A DNA stretch of 60,043 bases. Origin: a virus (Duplodnaviria; Caudoviricetes). The translations under genes and the position numbers were made by a program. The stretch covers positions 1 through 60,043 of the IMG/VR virus record IMGVR_UViG_3300018035_000100. The stretch is one strand, 5' to 3'. The notes beneath the pieces were generated by a model. That model did no database searches. It saw only the letters and a program-made list of their open reading frames with translations, and was not told the origin of the DNA. This document shows, one piece after another, positions 39,621 through 48,126 of the stretch (the first letter of the stretch is position 1; each line of letters begins with the position of its first letter).

Positions 39621-39720
39621 TAAAATAATCAAAAATAATCCGGTTCCAAAAAACTGCGACTCAATCAAAAAGTAAACCGGGACATTAAGTAAAAATTCTC
39701 ATCTTCAAGGAGTTTTATCA

Positions 39721-40434
39721 ATGGTCTTTTCGTCTGACCCACACGCGTTTATATCCAAAAATGATAGTGAAATAAAAAAAATAATATATGTGTTGTGTTT
39801 AAAAAATCATATGAATATCCATAATATAGAAGATTTTTTTCAAGACTTTTACGTTAGATTTGTAACTCAAGATGCTCTTAAAAAATATGATTCTACCCAA
39901 GTAAAAATATCCACCTATGTATATACGATAATTAAAAATATGATTCGTCAGCAAAAAAAATCTAATGAGCATAAAGTCCGTTCCCACGAAATAACCTCTT
40001 TTTTTCAAGACTCTCCAACCTCTACTTCTGTTTCCAGTATTGATACTTTTCAATTTACTGTAAAATGTGCTCCGGATTACGAAACTACTTTATCTATTAA
40101 TAATACAACCGATCAAATAGATGGTATAAATTTTGATTTTGATTTGTTTGAAGATTGGCTACAGAAACATAATAAAATTTATAAACTAACACATCGAAAA
40201 AATCAAAACATAACTATAAAAGTAACTATGCTTAAAATATTTAAAATGATGCGAAAAGGTCATACAAATCGATCAATAGCCTCGTATTTCGGAGTATCTG
40301 ATATGTTTATTACATATATACGGGATGATATAAAAGAAAAAATGAAGCGTTTTGGCTTTAGATGGGCAGAAAAGAAACGGATAGTAGAATCTAAGAAAGT
40401 TGAGAATACAAAAAAGATTTCTTATGAATATTAA
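39721..40434 (+). CDS. phage-encoded sigma70-family (ECF-like) sigma factor
   Basis: Region-2-like IEDFFQDFYVRF...KISTYVYTIIKNMIR; region-4 HTH GHTNRSIASYFGVS; AAGGAG RBS. Confidence 0.7.
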   Translation: MVFSSDPHAFISKNDSEIKKIIYVLCLKNHMNIHNIEDFFQDFYVRFVTQDALKKYDSTQVKISTYVYTIIKNMIRQQKKSNEHKVRSHEITSFFQDSPTSTSVSSIDTFQFTVKCAPDYETTLSINNTTDQIDGINFDFDLFEDWLQKHNKIYKLTHRKNQNITIKVTMLKIFKMMRKGHTNRSIASYFGVSDMFITYIRDDIKEKMKRFGFRWAEKKRIVESKKVENTKKISYEY

Positions 40435-40738
40435 TAAAGGGGAATTGGTTTTAATTAAAAAATCAAAAGAACATACTGTTATAAAAACAGAGTTTGGATA
40501 TGGATTATATGGAGTATCAATTCCCTCATCCTTATATCCCATTGCTACAGATAAATTAGAAGTTTTATATGAAAATATAGGAGAAGATTCAATTCATTTA
40601 GATGAAGAAACCGTTACCAAAGATGGAGTAATTTATAATTATAAAAAATTGTGTAATCAAGATATAATTTTGTATAGTTTTTTTAAAAATAAAATTAAAA
40701 AATTTTACGAACTTTTAAATTCTGAAAATAATCTTTAA
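40424..40738 (+). CDS. small protein of the LILYSHW..K...F..LL C-terminal motif family
   Basis: Starts MNINKGELVLI; ends DIILYSFFKNKIKKFYELLNS. Confidence 0.65.
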   Translation: MNINKGELVLIKKSKEHTVIKTEFGYGLYGVSIPSSLYPIATDKLEVLYENIGEDSIHLDEETVTKDGVIYNYKKLCNQDIILYSFFKNKIKKFYELLNSENNL

Positions 40739-40762
40739 TTTTTTATTATAAAAGTATATAAT
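40734..40762 (+). promoter_or_regulatory. sigma70-like promoter TTTAAT-17-TATAAT
   Basis: Same architecture as the other TTTA-type promoters. Confidence 0.5.
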
Positions 40763-40832
40763 ATAAGGAACAATATAATGGGAAAGCTCAATCCGCGAGT
40801 AAAGTCTATTTAACATTCTAAAGTACAACTCT

Positions 40833-41318
40833 ATGAAAACAATAAACACCAGCGCATTTAAAAAAAATAAAATAATCTGTAATGTTTGTGGTTCGGATCA
40901 AGTTAATGTTGTTAAAAATCCCGTATCAATAAGCATTCCTTTGGGGGAAGACGCTGTTTATGAGCAGATTATTACTGTGTGCAAAAAATGTGGGGAAGAA
41001 ATTGATATAACAAATAAAGAGAGTCGAAATAAAGCCATTTCAACATCAGAAAAAAAATCATTAAAAGCAATTATTCAGTTTATTGTTGATCAAGGTTATT
41101 CTTTAGCAAACATTGAAAGAGTTCTTAATCTTCCTCAAGGGACAATTTCAAAATGGAAAAATGATCATAAATTGAATCCAACTGGGCTGGCATTATTAAG
41201 ATTTATTCGAATCTTTCCGTGGCTTTTATCTGTTGCGGAAAAAAATTATGATATTTCGTTTTTACAGCAAACTCTTATAAAATCTATTAATGAATGTGAA
41301 AATCACATAAAAACTTAA
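40833..41318 (+). CDS. MqsA/YgiT-type zinc-ribbon plus HTH protein (antitoxin-like)
   Basis: CNVCG...CKKCGEE zinc ribbon; SLANIERVLNLPQGTISKWKN HTH; LALLRFIRIFP. Confidence 0.7.
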   Translation: MKTINTSAFKKNKIICNVCGSDQVNVVKNPVSISIPLGEDAVYEQIITVCKKCGEEIDITNKESRNKAISTSEKKSLKAIIQFIVDQGYSLANIERVLNLPQGTISKWKNDHKLNPTGLALLRFIRIFPWLLSVAEKNYDISFLQQTLIKSINECENHIKT

Positions 41319-41341
41319 AATCTTTTAGAAAGGAGCAGTAA

Positions 41342-41524
41342 ATGTCATTTCCAGACTCAGACATTATCATTAAAAAGGACGGATCAAAAGTTGAGCTAGA
41401 ATCTTTAGAACATAGTGAAAGATGTTTTAAGCTTCGGGACTTGGCCAAGAAACTTGGAAAAGTAACTGAAGACAAGGATAAGGACCATGTCCCGGCATAT
41501 CAGGAAACACACATTAACAACTAA
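41342..41524 (+). CDS. DUF2997-like small protein
   Basis: IIIKKDGSKVE...C...LGKV...PAYQ pattern; next to DUF1257-like and AAA genes; AAGGAG RBS. Confidence 0.6.
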   Translation: MSFPDSDIIIKKDGSKVELESLEHSERCFKLRDLAKKLGKVTEDKDKDHVPAYQETHINN

Positions 41525-41554
41525 TTAAAAACAATTTTTTACGGAGGCTTATTT

Positions 41555-41866
41555 ATGTCTATGAAAGCTGTAATACACACGGAAATTCGTAATATGTCGA
41601 TTTTAAAGGATACCTTAACCGAAATGGGGTATAAGTTTTCTGCTGTCGGGGCCGATGCTCTATCTATCCAAGCTGCCTATCCTATGTCGATTAATTGTGC
41701 TAAAGGTGAAATTAATTATGATTCATCTGATAAGACAGCGGTAGAAAAAATTATGGTCTCATATCAGAGAAAGTTTATTCGAGATCAAGCTATCGCTGAG
41801 GGATCACAAGTTTATGAAGAAGTCTTGGATAATGGAGATATTCATATTTCCATCCGTAACAGCTAA
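41555..41866 (+). CDS. DUF1257/Ycf35-like protein
   Basis: IHTEIRNMSILKDTLTEMGY...Y...A..EG..V.EE...NGDI. Confidence 0.65.
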   Translation: MSMKAVIHTEIRNMSILKDTLTEMGYKFSAVGADALSIQAAYPMSINCAKGEINYDSSDKTAVEKIMVSYQRKFIRDQAIAEGSQVYEEVLDNGDIHISIRNS

Positions 41867-41876
41867 TTTTTTAAGA

Positions 41877-41906
41877 GTCTTCCCCGAGTGTGCTGGGGTA
41901 TTTTCC
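41877..41906 (+). other. solitary degenerate type I-E-like CRISPR repeat
   Basis: GTCTTCCCCGAGTGTGCTGGGGTATTTTCC; single intergenic copy. Confidence 0.4.
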
Positions 41907-41915
41907 TTTTAACGA

Positions 41916-41954
41916 AAAACACACTCTTAAAAGAAAAACTTAAGAGTGTGTTTT
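41916..41954. terminator. 15-bp perfect inverted repeat (hairpin, terminator or operator)
   Basis: AAAACACACTCTTAA-9 nt-TTAAGAGTGTGTTTT. Confidence 0.55.
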
Positions 41955-41976
41955 ATATCCGTGATTGGAACTAAAA

Positions 41977-43560
41977 ATGCTTTCAATTAATGATTGTCTA
42001 TTAGGAAATAGACCGCTTATTTTTGTTGTGTGTGAAAATGATATAGAATTATTAAATTATTTAAACGAAAATAAAGCCCATAATTTTTTCATTTACAGTA
42101 AAACTCTTACTAATTTAGTTCCACTAGATGATCTTTTATCCACGCAATATCAACCTAAAATTGCTTCCAGAAAAACTGATATTGAAGTTCTAGACACCAT
42201 TCTTCATTGGGAATTTAAAGAAGTTAAAGCTAACGATACTTATATCTTTTTGGATTGTGATTTAAATGATAAACAAGTAATCAGAAAAATTAAAGATATA
42301 CTCGGTAGGTTTCAATTGGATACCGAATTTCTTATAAGTATGGTATTCGTGTCACAATGCATTTCCATTCCACAACCTTTAGAACGAATGGGTGAACTCG
42401 TATTTTTTGATACTACTGAAAAAGCTGCTCGAGAAAAAGTAGAGACTATAACTGCAAGAATGGATCTATCAGATGAAGAACGTCCATCAGAAGAAGTAAT
42501 AAGTAATCTTAAAGGGCTCACACTATTTGAAATAGAACAAGCTTTTACTCAAAGTTGGCAGCTTCACGGAAAGATTGATATAGATTTTATACGATCATTT
42601 AAAAAATCTGCTATTGTTAAAACTGGATTTTTAAGTCTTATAGAATCGGATGTAACATTTAATCATATAGGTGGAATGGATGTACTTAAAGAATGGATTC
42701 GAAAAAGTTCGGGTGGATGGACGGTTAAGGGACAAGAATACGGTCTCCCAAATTTAAAAGGTGTACTTTTAATAGGTTTACCTGGATGCGGAAAATCTCT
42801 TGCAGCTAAAGCTTTAGGAAATGAGTGGAAACTACCTTTAATACAATTTGACCCATCAAAAGTTTTTTCGTCTCGAGTTGGAGAAAGTGAATCTAATCTT
42901 CGCCGAGTTTTACAAATGATAGAGAATATTTCTCCTTGTATTCTTTTTATAGATGAAATTGAAAAAGGATTTGCAGGATCTCAATCCTCTTCTTTTAGTG
43001 ATGCTGGGGTTACGGCCCGGATTTTGGGTACATTCCTTACGTGGATGCAGGATTGTGTTAAACCTGTTTTTACAGTTGCCACATCAAATAATATAGCTTA
43101 TTTACCACCTGAAATGATTCAACGTTTTGACGAGAAGTTTTTTGTTAATCTTCCGTCTCCATCGGAGCAATCTGAAATTTATAATATTCAACTTAAAAAA
43201 GTTCGAAGGGATCCTGTTAAATTTGATATAGAAAAATTAGTGAAAAACAGTAAAGATTTGTCGGGTCGTGAAATCGAACAAGTTATAAAAGAATCTATGT
43301 ATGATTCTTTTTATAAAGGAAAAGAAATTGATACTGAAAATGTGTTGGAAGTTTTAAAAAAGAAGACTAATTTACTTTCTACTATGGCGGAACAATTAAA
43401 ATTTATTTTAGATTGGGTTGAGTGGGATGAAGAAAAGAAAGATGGCAAGCGAGCTCGATTTGCAAGCAAACCAGATAGCATTGAAATTTATAAAATACAA
43501 AGTGAAATTGATTCTCTTATAAAAGACATAGAAAAAAAGAAGCCGTTTTCAAGAGAATAA
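41977..43560 (+). CDS. Ycf46-like AAA+ ATPase
   Basis: IGGMDVLKEW, GVLLIGLPGCGKSL, VGESE, FIDEIEK, FLTWMQD, RFDEKFFVNLP. Confidence 0.9.
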   Translation: MLSINDCLLGNRPLIFVVCENDIELLNYLNENKAHNFFIYSKTLTNLVPLDDLLSTQYQPKIASRKTDIEVLDTILHWEFKEVKANDTYIFLDCDLNDKQVIRKIKDILGRFQLDTEFLISMVFVSQCISIPQPLERMGELVFFDTTEKAAREKVETITARMDLSDEERPSEEVISNLKGLTLFEIEQAFTQSWQLHGKIDIDFIRSFKKSAIVKTGFLSLIESDVTFNHIGGMDVLKEWIRKSSGGWTVKGQEYGLPNLKGVLLIGLPGCGKSLAAKALGNEWKLPLIQFDPSKVFSSRVGESESNLRRVLQMIENISPCILFIDEIEKGFAGSQSSSFSDAGVTARILGTFLTWMQDCVKPVFTVATSNNIAYLPPEMIQRFDEKFFVNLPSPSEQSEIYNIQLKKVRRDPVKFDIEKLVKNSKDLSGREIEQVIKESMYDSFYKGKEIDTENVLEVLKKKTNLLSTMAEQLKFILDWVEWDEEKKDGKRARFASKPDSIEIYKIQSEIDSLIKDIEKKKPFSRE

Positions 43561-43591
43561 TGAAATTTTAAAACATCTTAGGAAAAAAATT

Positions 43592-43966
43592 ATGACTACA
43601 CCATGTAGCGAGTATGAGCAAGTTATTACTGATGATAAGAGCCAAACAGATGACAAAAATCAAACAGCGTTAAAGTTCTCTGATCCTAATGAGCCTTTAA
43701 CATTGAAACAATTAGAGTTGTTTGGGGCACATTTTCAAGGTAAGCGATACTCAGGTGAAACGGTAATAAGAACATGGGAAATAAGCATCCCCGATTTCGA
43801 TTCAGATTTTAAGAAGGCTAGGACTTATTTGTCATTGGTAGATGATAGAAACCCAACGGCCAATGAAATAATAAAAGCAATATGCCTGGAGATTAAACGC
43901 GAGACGGCATTTGTGGTGACGGAAGCAATTGAGAAAACGTTAATGAAGTTTCGGTTGTGGATTTAA
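43592..43966 (+). CDS. hypothetical protein
   Basis: ORF with RBS, co-oriented with neighbours. Confidence 0.5.
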   Translation: MTTPCSEYEQVITDDKSQTDDKNQTALKFSDPNEPLTLKQLELFGAHFQGKRYSGETVIRTWEISIPDFDSDFKKARTYLSLVDDRNPTANEIIKAICLEIKRETAFVVTEAIEKTLMKFRLWI

Positions 43967-44014
43967 AGCGTATATTTTCATTGTTTTAATAAAGTAAAAA
44001 AGGAAATTAGCAAG

Positions 44015-44323
44015 GTGGAAAAAACTATAAAAGTAAAATTAGAATATGGTTTACATGCCAGACCTTCTGCTTTTATTGTAGCTAAACTTTCCAAAATGAA
44101 TCTTACTGAGGCAATTTTAATCCATAAAGAATGTGAAATAAGTCTCAAAAGTGTATTATCACTTATCGCAGAATGTATTGAAACTGATGATGAGGTTATA
44201 GTAAAAATATCGGGTCCTGATGAAATTGAAGCAATGAAAATAGTAGAAGATACTTTAGAATCTACAAATAAAAAAGATGTTTTTGGAATTGAACCTTATG
44301 AATCAAAAGAAAAGAAAAAATAA
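44015..44323 (+). CDS. ptsH: HPr phosphocarrier protein
   Basis: GLHARPSA (His15), LKSVLSL (Ser46 region), SGPDE. Confidence 0.88.
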   Translation: MEKTIKVKLEYGLHARPSAFIVAKLSKMNLTEAILIHKECEISLKSVLSLIAECIETDDEVIVKISGPDEIEAMKIVEDTLESTNKKDVFGIEPYESKEKKK

Positions 44324-44534
44324 AAAAGATATCCCTCAAATTAATGAATATTCTGTAAAATATCTGGAACATTTATGGGATTGGGATAAAAGTTGGAATG
44401 ATGTCCCGACAAATCAAGTATTTAGAACAGATTTAAAACACCGGTCCTCAAAAAAACAAAATAAAAAGAAAGTTGTACCTAAAATAAATAAAACATCACG
44501 ATACGAACTTTTAAAAAAATTATGGTCAAAATAA
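44298..44534 (+). CDS. basic hypothetical protein
   Basis: ORF fills the gap; likely ATG at 44298. Confidence 0.45.
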   Translation: MNQKKRKNKKDIPQINEYSVKYLEHLWDWDKSWNDVPTNQVFRTDLKHRSSKKQNKKKVVPKINKTSRYELLKKLWSK

Positions 44535-44546
44535 TGTGGAGCAATT

Positions 44547-44888
44547 ATGAATTTAGCTCGAATTTATCCTAATACATGTCCGATATGTGGTGGTAATAAA
44601 AAGAAAGAGCAGAAAGGTTGTTTCCATTGTGCCAGATGTGAAATCTTCGAGGCATGTAACTATACGGATGATCCTATAGCAGAATATTTAGATTTGATCA
44701 AGCAACGTCTTGTAACGTTCTACCAAAAAGTTTATGCTAAGGATATAAAGAATGGTTGCACTTATGTTGATTTTATGAAAAAATATGAAAAATATTTGCA
44801 AAAAATGGAGCGAGCGCGAAAGAAATGGGAAAAGAATCCGTTTAATCTTAAAAATTCGTATAAGAAAGTAAAAAAGAAGGATGCATAA
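44547..44888 (+). CDS. zinc-ribbon hypothetical protein
   Basis: CPICGG...CARC; GGAG RBS. Confidence 0.55.
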   Translation: MNLARIYPNTCPICGGNKKKEQKGCFHCARCEIFEACNYTDDPIAEYLDLIKQRLVTFYQKVYAKDIKNGCTYVDFMKKYEKYLQKMERARKKWEKNPFNLKNSYKKVKKKDA

Positions 44889-45009
44889 TATAATTCCTAT
44901 TTATTTTGGTATAATTATAGGATTTATCGTAGGTTGGCTGATCAATGAAACAGTTCACGTTGTGGAAACTCGAAAGGGAAAGAATATCTCAAAAAAGGAA
45001 AGGGGTTAG
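44881..45009 (+). CDS. small single-TM protein (MHNIIPIYFGIIIGFIVGWLIN...)
   Basis: Hand-translated 42-aa ORF overlapping the previous stop. Confidence 0.4.
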   Translation: MHNIIPIYFGIIIGFIVGWLINETVHVVETRKGKNISKKERG

Positions 45010-45065
45010 TATGCCTGAAGAATTTCTTACCAAAGACGATAAAAAAGGGAAGTTGTGGTTGGGTT

Positions 45066-45359
45066 ATGAAGTGTGAAGATGGCAGGTGGGTAAATGAGGA
45101 AGGAAAATACCAACCTCAACTTGAAGAAAAATCAAAAACAGAAAGAGGTTTTATAACCCTAAATGTTGGAGCTCTAGCAAGAGGAACCGCTCGTAGTTTC
45201 TTGACAAACTCGAAATTTATAGGTCGAGACATTGAATGGACAGAAACTAAAACTTTTCTTGCAAGTGAATTTTGTATTAAGGGGCCTAAAATCACCTTGC
45301 AAACTATGATGAAGGAAATAAGAGATTGGCAAAAAGGAATAGATCTTGTTCAAGGCTAA
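45066..45359 (+). CDS. hypothetical protein
   Basis: 97-aa ORF. Confidence 0.45.
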   Translation: MKCEDGRWVNEEGKYQPQLEEKSKTERGFITLNVGALARGTARSFLTNSKFIGRDIEWTETKTFLASEFCIKGPKITLQTMMKEIRDWQKGIDLVQG

Positions 45360-45483
45360 AGGGTCTTTGAAGCGATCGCTGGTTTTATACAAAAATTAGA
45401 TGAACTTTTTATTATCAGTTGTGGATTTACTATCATCAGCAGTCCAGCCTGAGATAGGAAGTAAATCAAACCCGGAGGTTTTT

Positions 45484-46860
45484 ATGATTAAAATTTCAAC
45501 GTTGTTCGATTTTGACAAAGTATCTTTTGAAAAAGAAAGTGATGTCCATCTTGATGTCATTCTCAAGGCCCCGGCCCGGGACATGTCCAAGCGCATTCCA
45601 TTACACCTGATTCTTGCAATAGATTGTTCAGGTTCTATGATAGGAACTAAACTTTCTCAAGTAAAATCCACAGTTAAAAAGTTAGTAGATCATCTTACAG
45701 AAAATGATAGCTTAGGTATTATTTCTTTTGCTAGCAATGCTCAAGAAGTCACATCTACTGTTCCTATGACAGATGCGAACAAAAAATATGCAAAAGAGCA
45801 GATAGACGGAATTCAAGCATCTAGTGTAACTAATCTTAGTGAAGCTATTACTTTTGCTACTGAACGATCGATTTCAGCAGATAAATCTAAAGTATGTAGA
45901 ATAATACTTTTAACTGATGGTCAGCCCACTTGTGGAACATGTGATCGTGATAGTCTTATAAAACTTGTAGAAACCATAAACCCCTCAATTTCTATATCTA
46001 CATTTGGATATGGCTCAGATTTTGATTCAGATCTTATGTCCTCTATTTCTACAACGGGTCGAGGAAATAATTTTTATATTAAAGAAGATTTAGATTGTAA
46101 TAGTGCTTTTGCTGCAGAACTAGGGGGATTGTTATCTCTTTATGGTCAAAACATAAAAATACGGTTATCCCCCTCTTCTAATATGTCTTTTACGGAACTT
46201 TTAAGTGAGTATAAATGCGAGCAAAAAAATGGATATCGTTTAATTACTCCTTCTAAATTTGATGTTTCTATAGACGATATATTTGCTGGAGAAAGTAAAC
46301 ATATTATTATGAAATTAAAAGTTCCTAAGGCTACAGAGGCGGTGTGTGCTAGAGAAACTTCTGTTTGTAAAATTATTGTTGATTATTTAGATGTAGAAAC
46401 AAAAGTTACTCAATCTGTTTCAGCTACCGCAAAAATACAATATGTGAAAGAAGACAAGACTTCCAAAATAGCGAATAAAACTGTCCGGGAACAATTGGCA
46501 ATTATTGAGGCTATTAAAATCCAGAAAGCTGCAAAAGAAGAAGCTGAAAAGCAGAATTATACTGCGGCACAGGAAATTCTTACTAAAGGGATTGCTTGGG
46601 CAGCCAATAATATAGATCTTGGAGCTATGGCTCCTGCCTTAACAGGGACTTATTCTGCTATGTCTATAAGTTATTCCTCAGCAACTAATTATAATTTGGT
46701 AGGTTCAAAACTATCAAATTCTTTTTATCAAACAATGGCAAAAGGTAGAGCGGCTACGTCAAATGATATTGGCAGTGGGATTATTTATGAAACTTCCACA
46801 ATGCAGGAAGTAGAAAAATCTTTTAAAGATGATACATCTAAAAAGAAAAGGAATAAATAA
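45484..46860 (+). CDS. von Willebrand factor A domain protein
   Basis: MIDAS motif IDCSGSM...TNL...LLTDG, STFGYG; GGAGG RBS before ATG 45484. Confidence 0.9.
   Translation: MIKISTLFDFDKVSFEKESDVHLDVILKAPARDMSKRIPLHLILAIDCSGSMIGTKLSQVKSTVKKLVDHLTENDSLGIISFASNAQEVTSTVPMTDANKKYAKEQIDGIQASSVTNLSEAITFATERSISADKSKVCRIILLTDGQPTCGTCDRDSLIKLVETINPSISISTFGYGSDFDSDLMSSISTTGRGNNFYIKEDLDCNSAFAAELGGLLSLYGQNIKIRLSPSSNMSFTELLSEYKCEQKNGYRLITPSKFDVSIDDIFAGESKHIIMKLKVPKATEAVCARETSVCKIIVDYLDVETKVTQSVSATAKIQYVKEDKTSKIANKTVREQLAIIEAIKIQKAAKEEAEKQNYTAAQEILTKGIAWAANNIDLGAMAPALTGTYSAMSISYSSATNYNLVGSKLSNSFYQTMAKGRAATSNDIGSGIIYETSTMQEVEKSFKDDTSKKKRNK
45567..45588. repeat. 6-bp-periodic GC array (GGCC CC GGCC CG GGAC AT GTCC)
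   Basis: Four phased cores in the vWA CDS. Confidence 0.65.
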
Positions 46861-46865
46861 ACCTT

Positions 46866-46934
46866 ATAAGAGTTACGAACGGTTCGCAACCGGAGCGGTG
46901 AACGAAGCATTTTTTCTACTAACCGCTCTCTTAT
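46866..46934 (+). ncRNA. candidate three-way-junction intergenic RNA structure
   Basis: Stems ATAAGA/TCTTAT, CGGTT/AACCG and GAGCGGT/ACCGCTC. Confidence 0.3.
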
Positions 46935-46950
46935 CTTACAGGAATAAATT

Positions 46951-47181
46951 ATGAAAATTTATTTAAGTCACGATAAGAAACATATGTGTATTCGAGAAGG
47001 AGAAGAAAATCGTTGGCTTGCTCAGGAAGATATAAATAGACCCTGTGGAACCTTCAAACCTTGTACTCTTTGGGAAGAAAGAAGAAATTGTTTATATCAA
47101 GAAATTCCTCTTTCGGATCTTATTCTTTATACACATTGGAAACAGAAAGATGAAGAATTTTTTAAATTATTAGAAAAGTAA
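46951..47181 (+). CDS. small protein of the LILYSHW..K...F..LL C-terminal motif family
   Basis: Ends DLILYTHWKQKDEEFFKLLEK; EGEENRWLA matches EGEENEWIA of 12424..12753. Confidence 0.7.
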   Translation: MKIYLSHDKKHMCIREGEENRWLAQEDINRPCGTFKPCTLWEERRNCLYQEIPLSDLILYTHWKQKDEEFFKLLEK

Positions 47182-47311
47182 TTAAAAGAGATATGATGCA
47201 AAAGCTAGTTAATGGAAGAGTTGCAGTCATTTTTACCAAAAGTAAAAAGGATAACCCCAAGTAAAATGGGAAATACTAGACCCGTCGATTGATCTCAGAG
47301 AAGGATAAAAT

Positions 47312-47488
47312 ATGAAAAATCTATTGCGATTGGGTTTATTGTTATCAGGGATTGGATTAGTTTATTTTTCCGGTCGTCATACAACCCTAACCATTATTTC
47401 TGCTGTGTTTTTCGTAGCAATTGTTGGGGTAATACAATTCAGGGAATTGGGCATATTTCTTAAAACGAAGCACGGTAAGAAAGGATAG
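47312..47488 (+). CDS. small 2-TM membrane protein (58 aa)
   Basis: Hand-translated MKNLLRLGLLLSGIGLVYFSG...; AAGGA RBS. Confidence 0.5.
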   Translation: MKNLLRLGLLLSGIGLVYFSGRHTTLTIISAVFFVAIVGVIQFRELGIFLKTKHGKKG

Positions 47489-47578
47489 ATATCGAGGTAA
47501 TTGGGTAAAATGTGAAAAGCCAAAATGGGCAGAACAAATAGTTTGCTGGGGATTGTAACAAACGAGAAAGAGGTAAAT

Positions 47579-47788
47579 ATGGGTCTAATAAAGATCTATT
47601 GCTTAATGGCTATTATAACTACAATTGTTATTTTGACGCTTAATAGCCTCAAAGTAGTGATATTGCGCCCCGGTGGTGTATGGGTAATAATAGCTTATTT
47701 GGCATTGAATATTTGCGGACTGTTGTGGATATTTCTTAAGGAGAATGCTAAGATAAATAAAATCAAATTTAGAAAGGACATACTATGA
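47579..47788 (+). CDS. small 2-TM membrane protein
   Basis: GAGGT RBS before ATG 47579; two hydrophobic stretches. Confidence 0.55.
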   Translation: MGLIKIYCLMAIITTIVILTLNSLKVVILRPGGVWVIIAYLALNICGLLWIFLKENAKINKIKFRKDIL

Positions 47789-48126
47789 ATGATTCGGGGA
47801 CTCAAACTGCAGTATTACCAGAGGAATTAAGAGGATTTAACTGGGGTGCTTTGCTTCTCACACTTATCTGGGGCTTAGTGCATCGTTGCTGGATCGTTTT
47901 ATGTATTATTCCTTTAGCTTTTCTTCCGGCTCCAATAGGGACTATAGCGCTAATTTGTTTTTACTTGTATTTTGGATTTAAAGGTAATGATATTGCCTGG
48001 AAAAATAAAAAATGGGATTCTATTGAACATTTTCAAAGGATTCAAAACCTTTGGGTTAAATGGGGAATTGGAGTTTTTGTTGTGGCGTTTATTTTTGGTG
48101 CTTTAAAAGTAATTTGTAATTTTTAA
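47785..48126 (+). CDS. conserved membrane protein (FNWGA...GN..AW family)
   Basis: GFNWGALLLTLIWG...GFKGNDIAWKNKKWDSIEHF. Confidence 0.7.
   Translation: MNDSGTQTAVLPEELRGFNWGALLLTLIWGLVHRCWIVLCIIPLAFLPAPIGTIALICFYLYFGFKGNDIAWKNKKWDSIEHFQRIQNLWVKWGIGVFVVAFIFGALKVICNF

Larger units (their letters stand above)
39111..39625 (+). repeat. 37-bp direct repeat (39111-39147 and 39589-39625), each copy a TTGACT-17-TATATT promoter
   Basis: AGGTTGACTTTTTTTGTGGC(AAG/GGA)AATTATATTTAAAA present twice with 3 mismatches. Confidence 0.8.

Noticed and set aside
41877-41954. CRISPR array
   Set aside because: Only one repeat-like unit, with no spacer-repeat periodicity and no cas genes; kept only as a solitary-repeat candidate.
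44907-44915. Extended -10 promoter TGGTATAAT
   Set aside because: It lies within a plausible small membrane ORF and has no supporting -35.
47200-47285. Hammerhead-like fold (CTAGT...GAAATACTAG with inner hairpins)
   Set aside because: The conserved CUGANGA core is absent.
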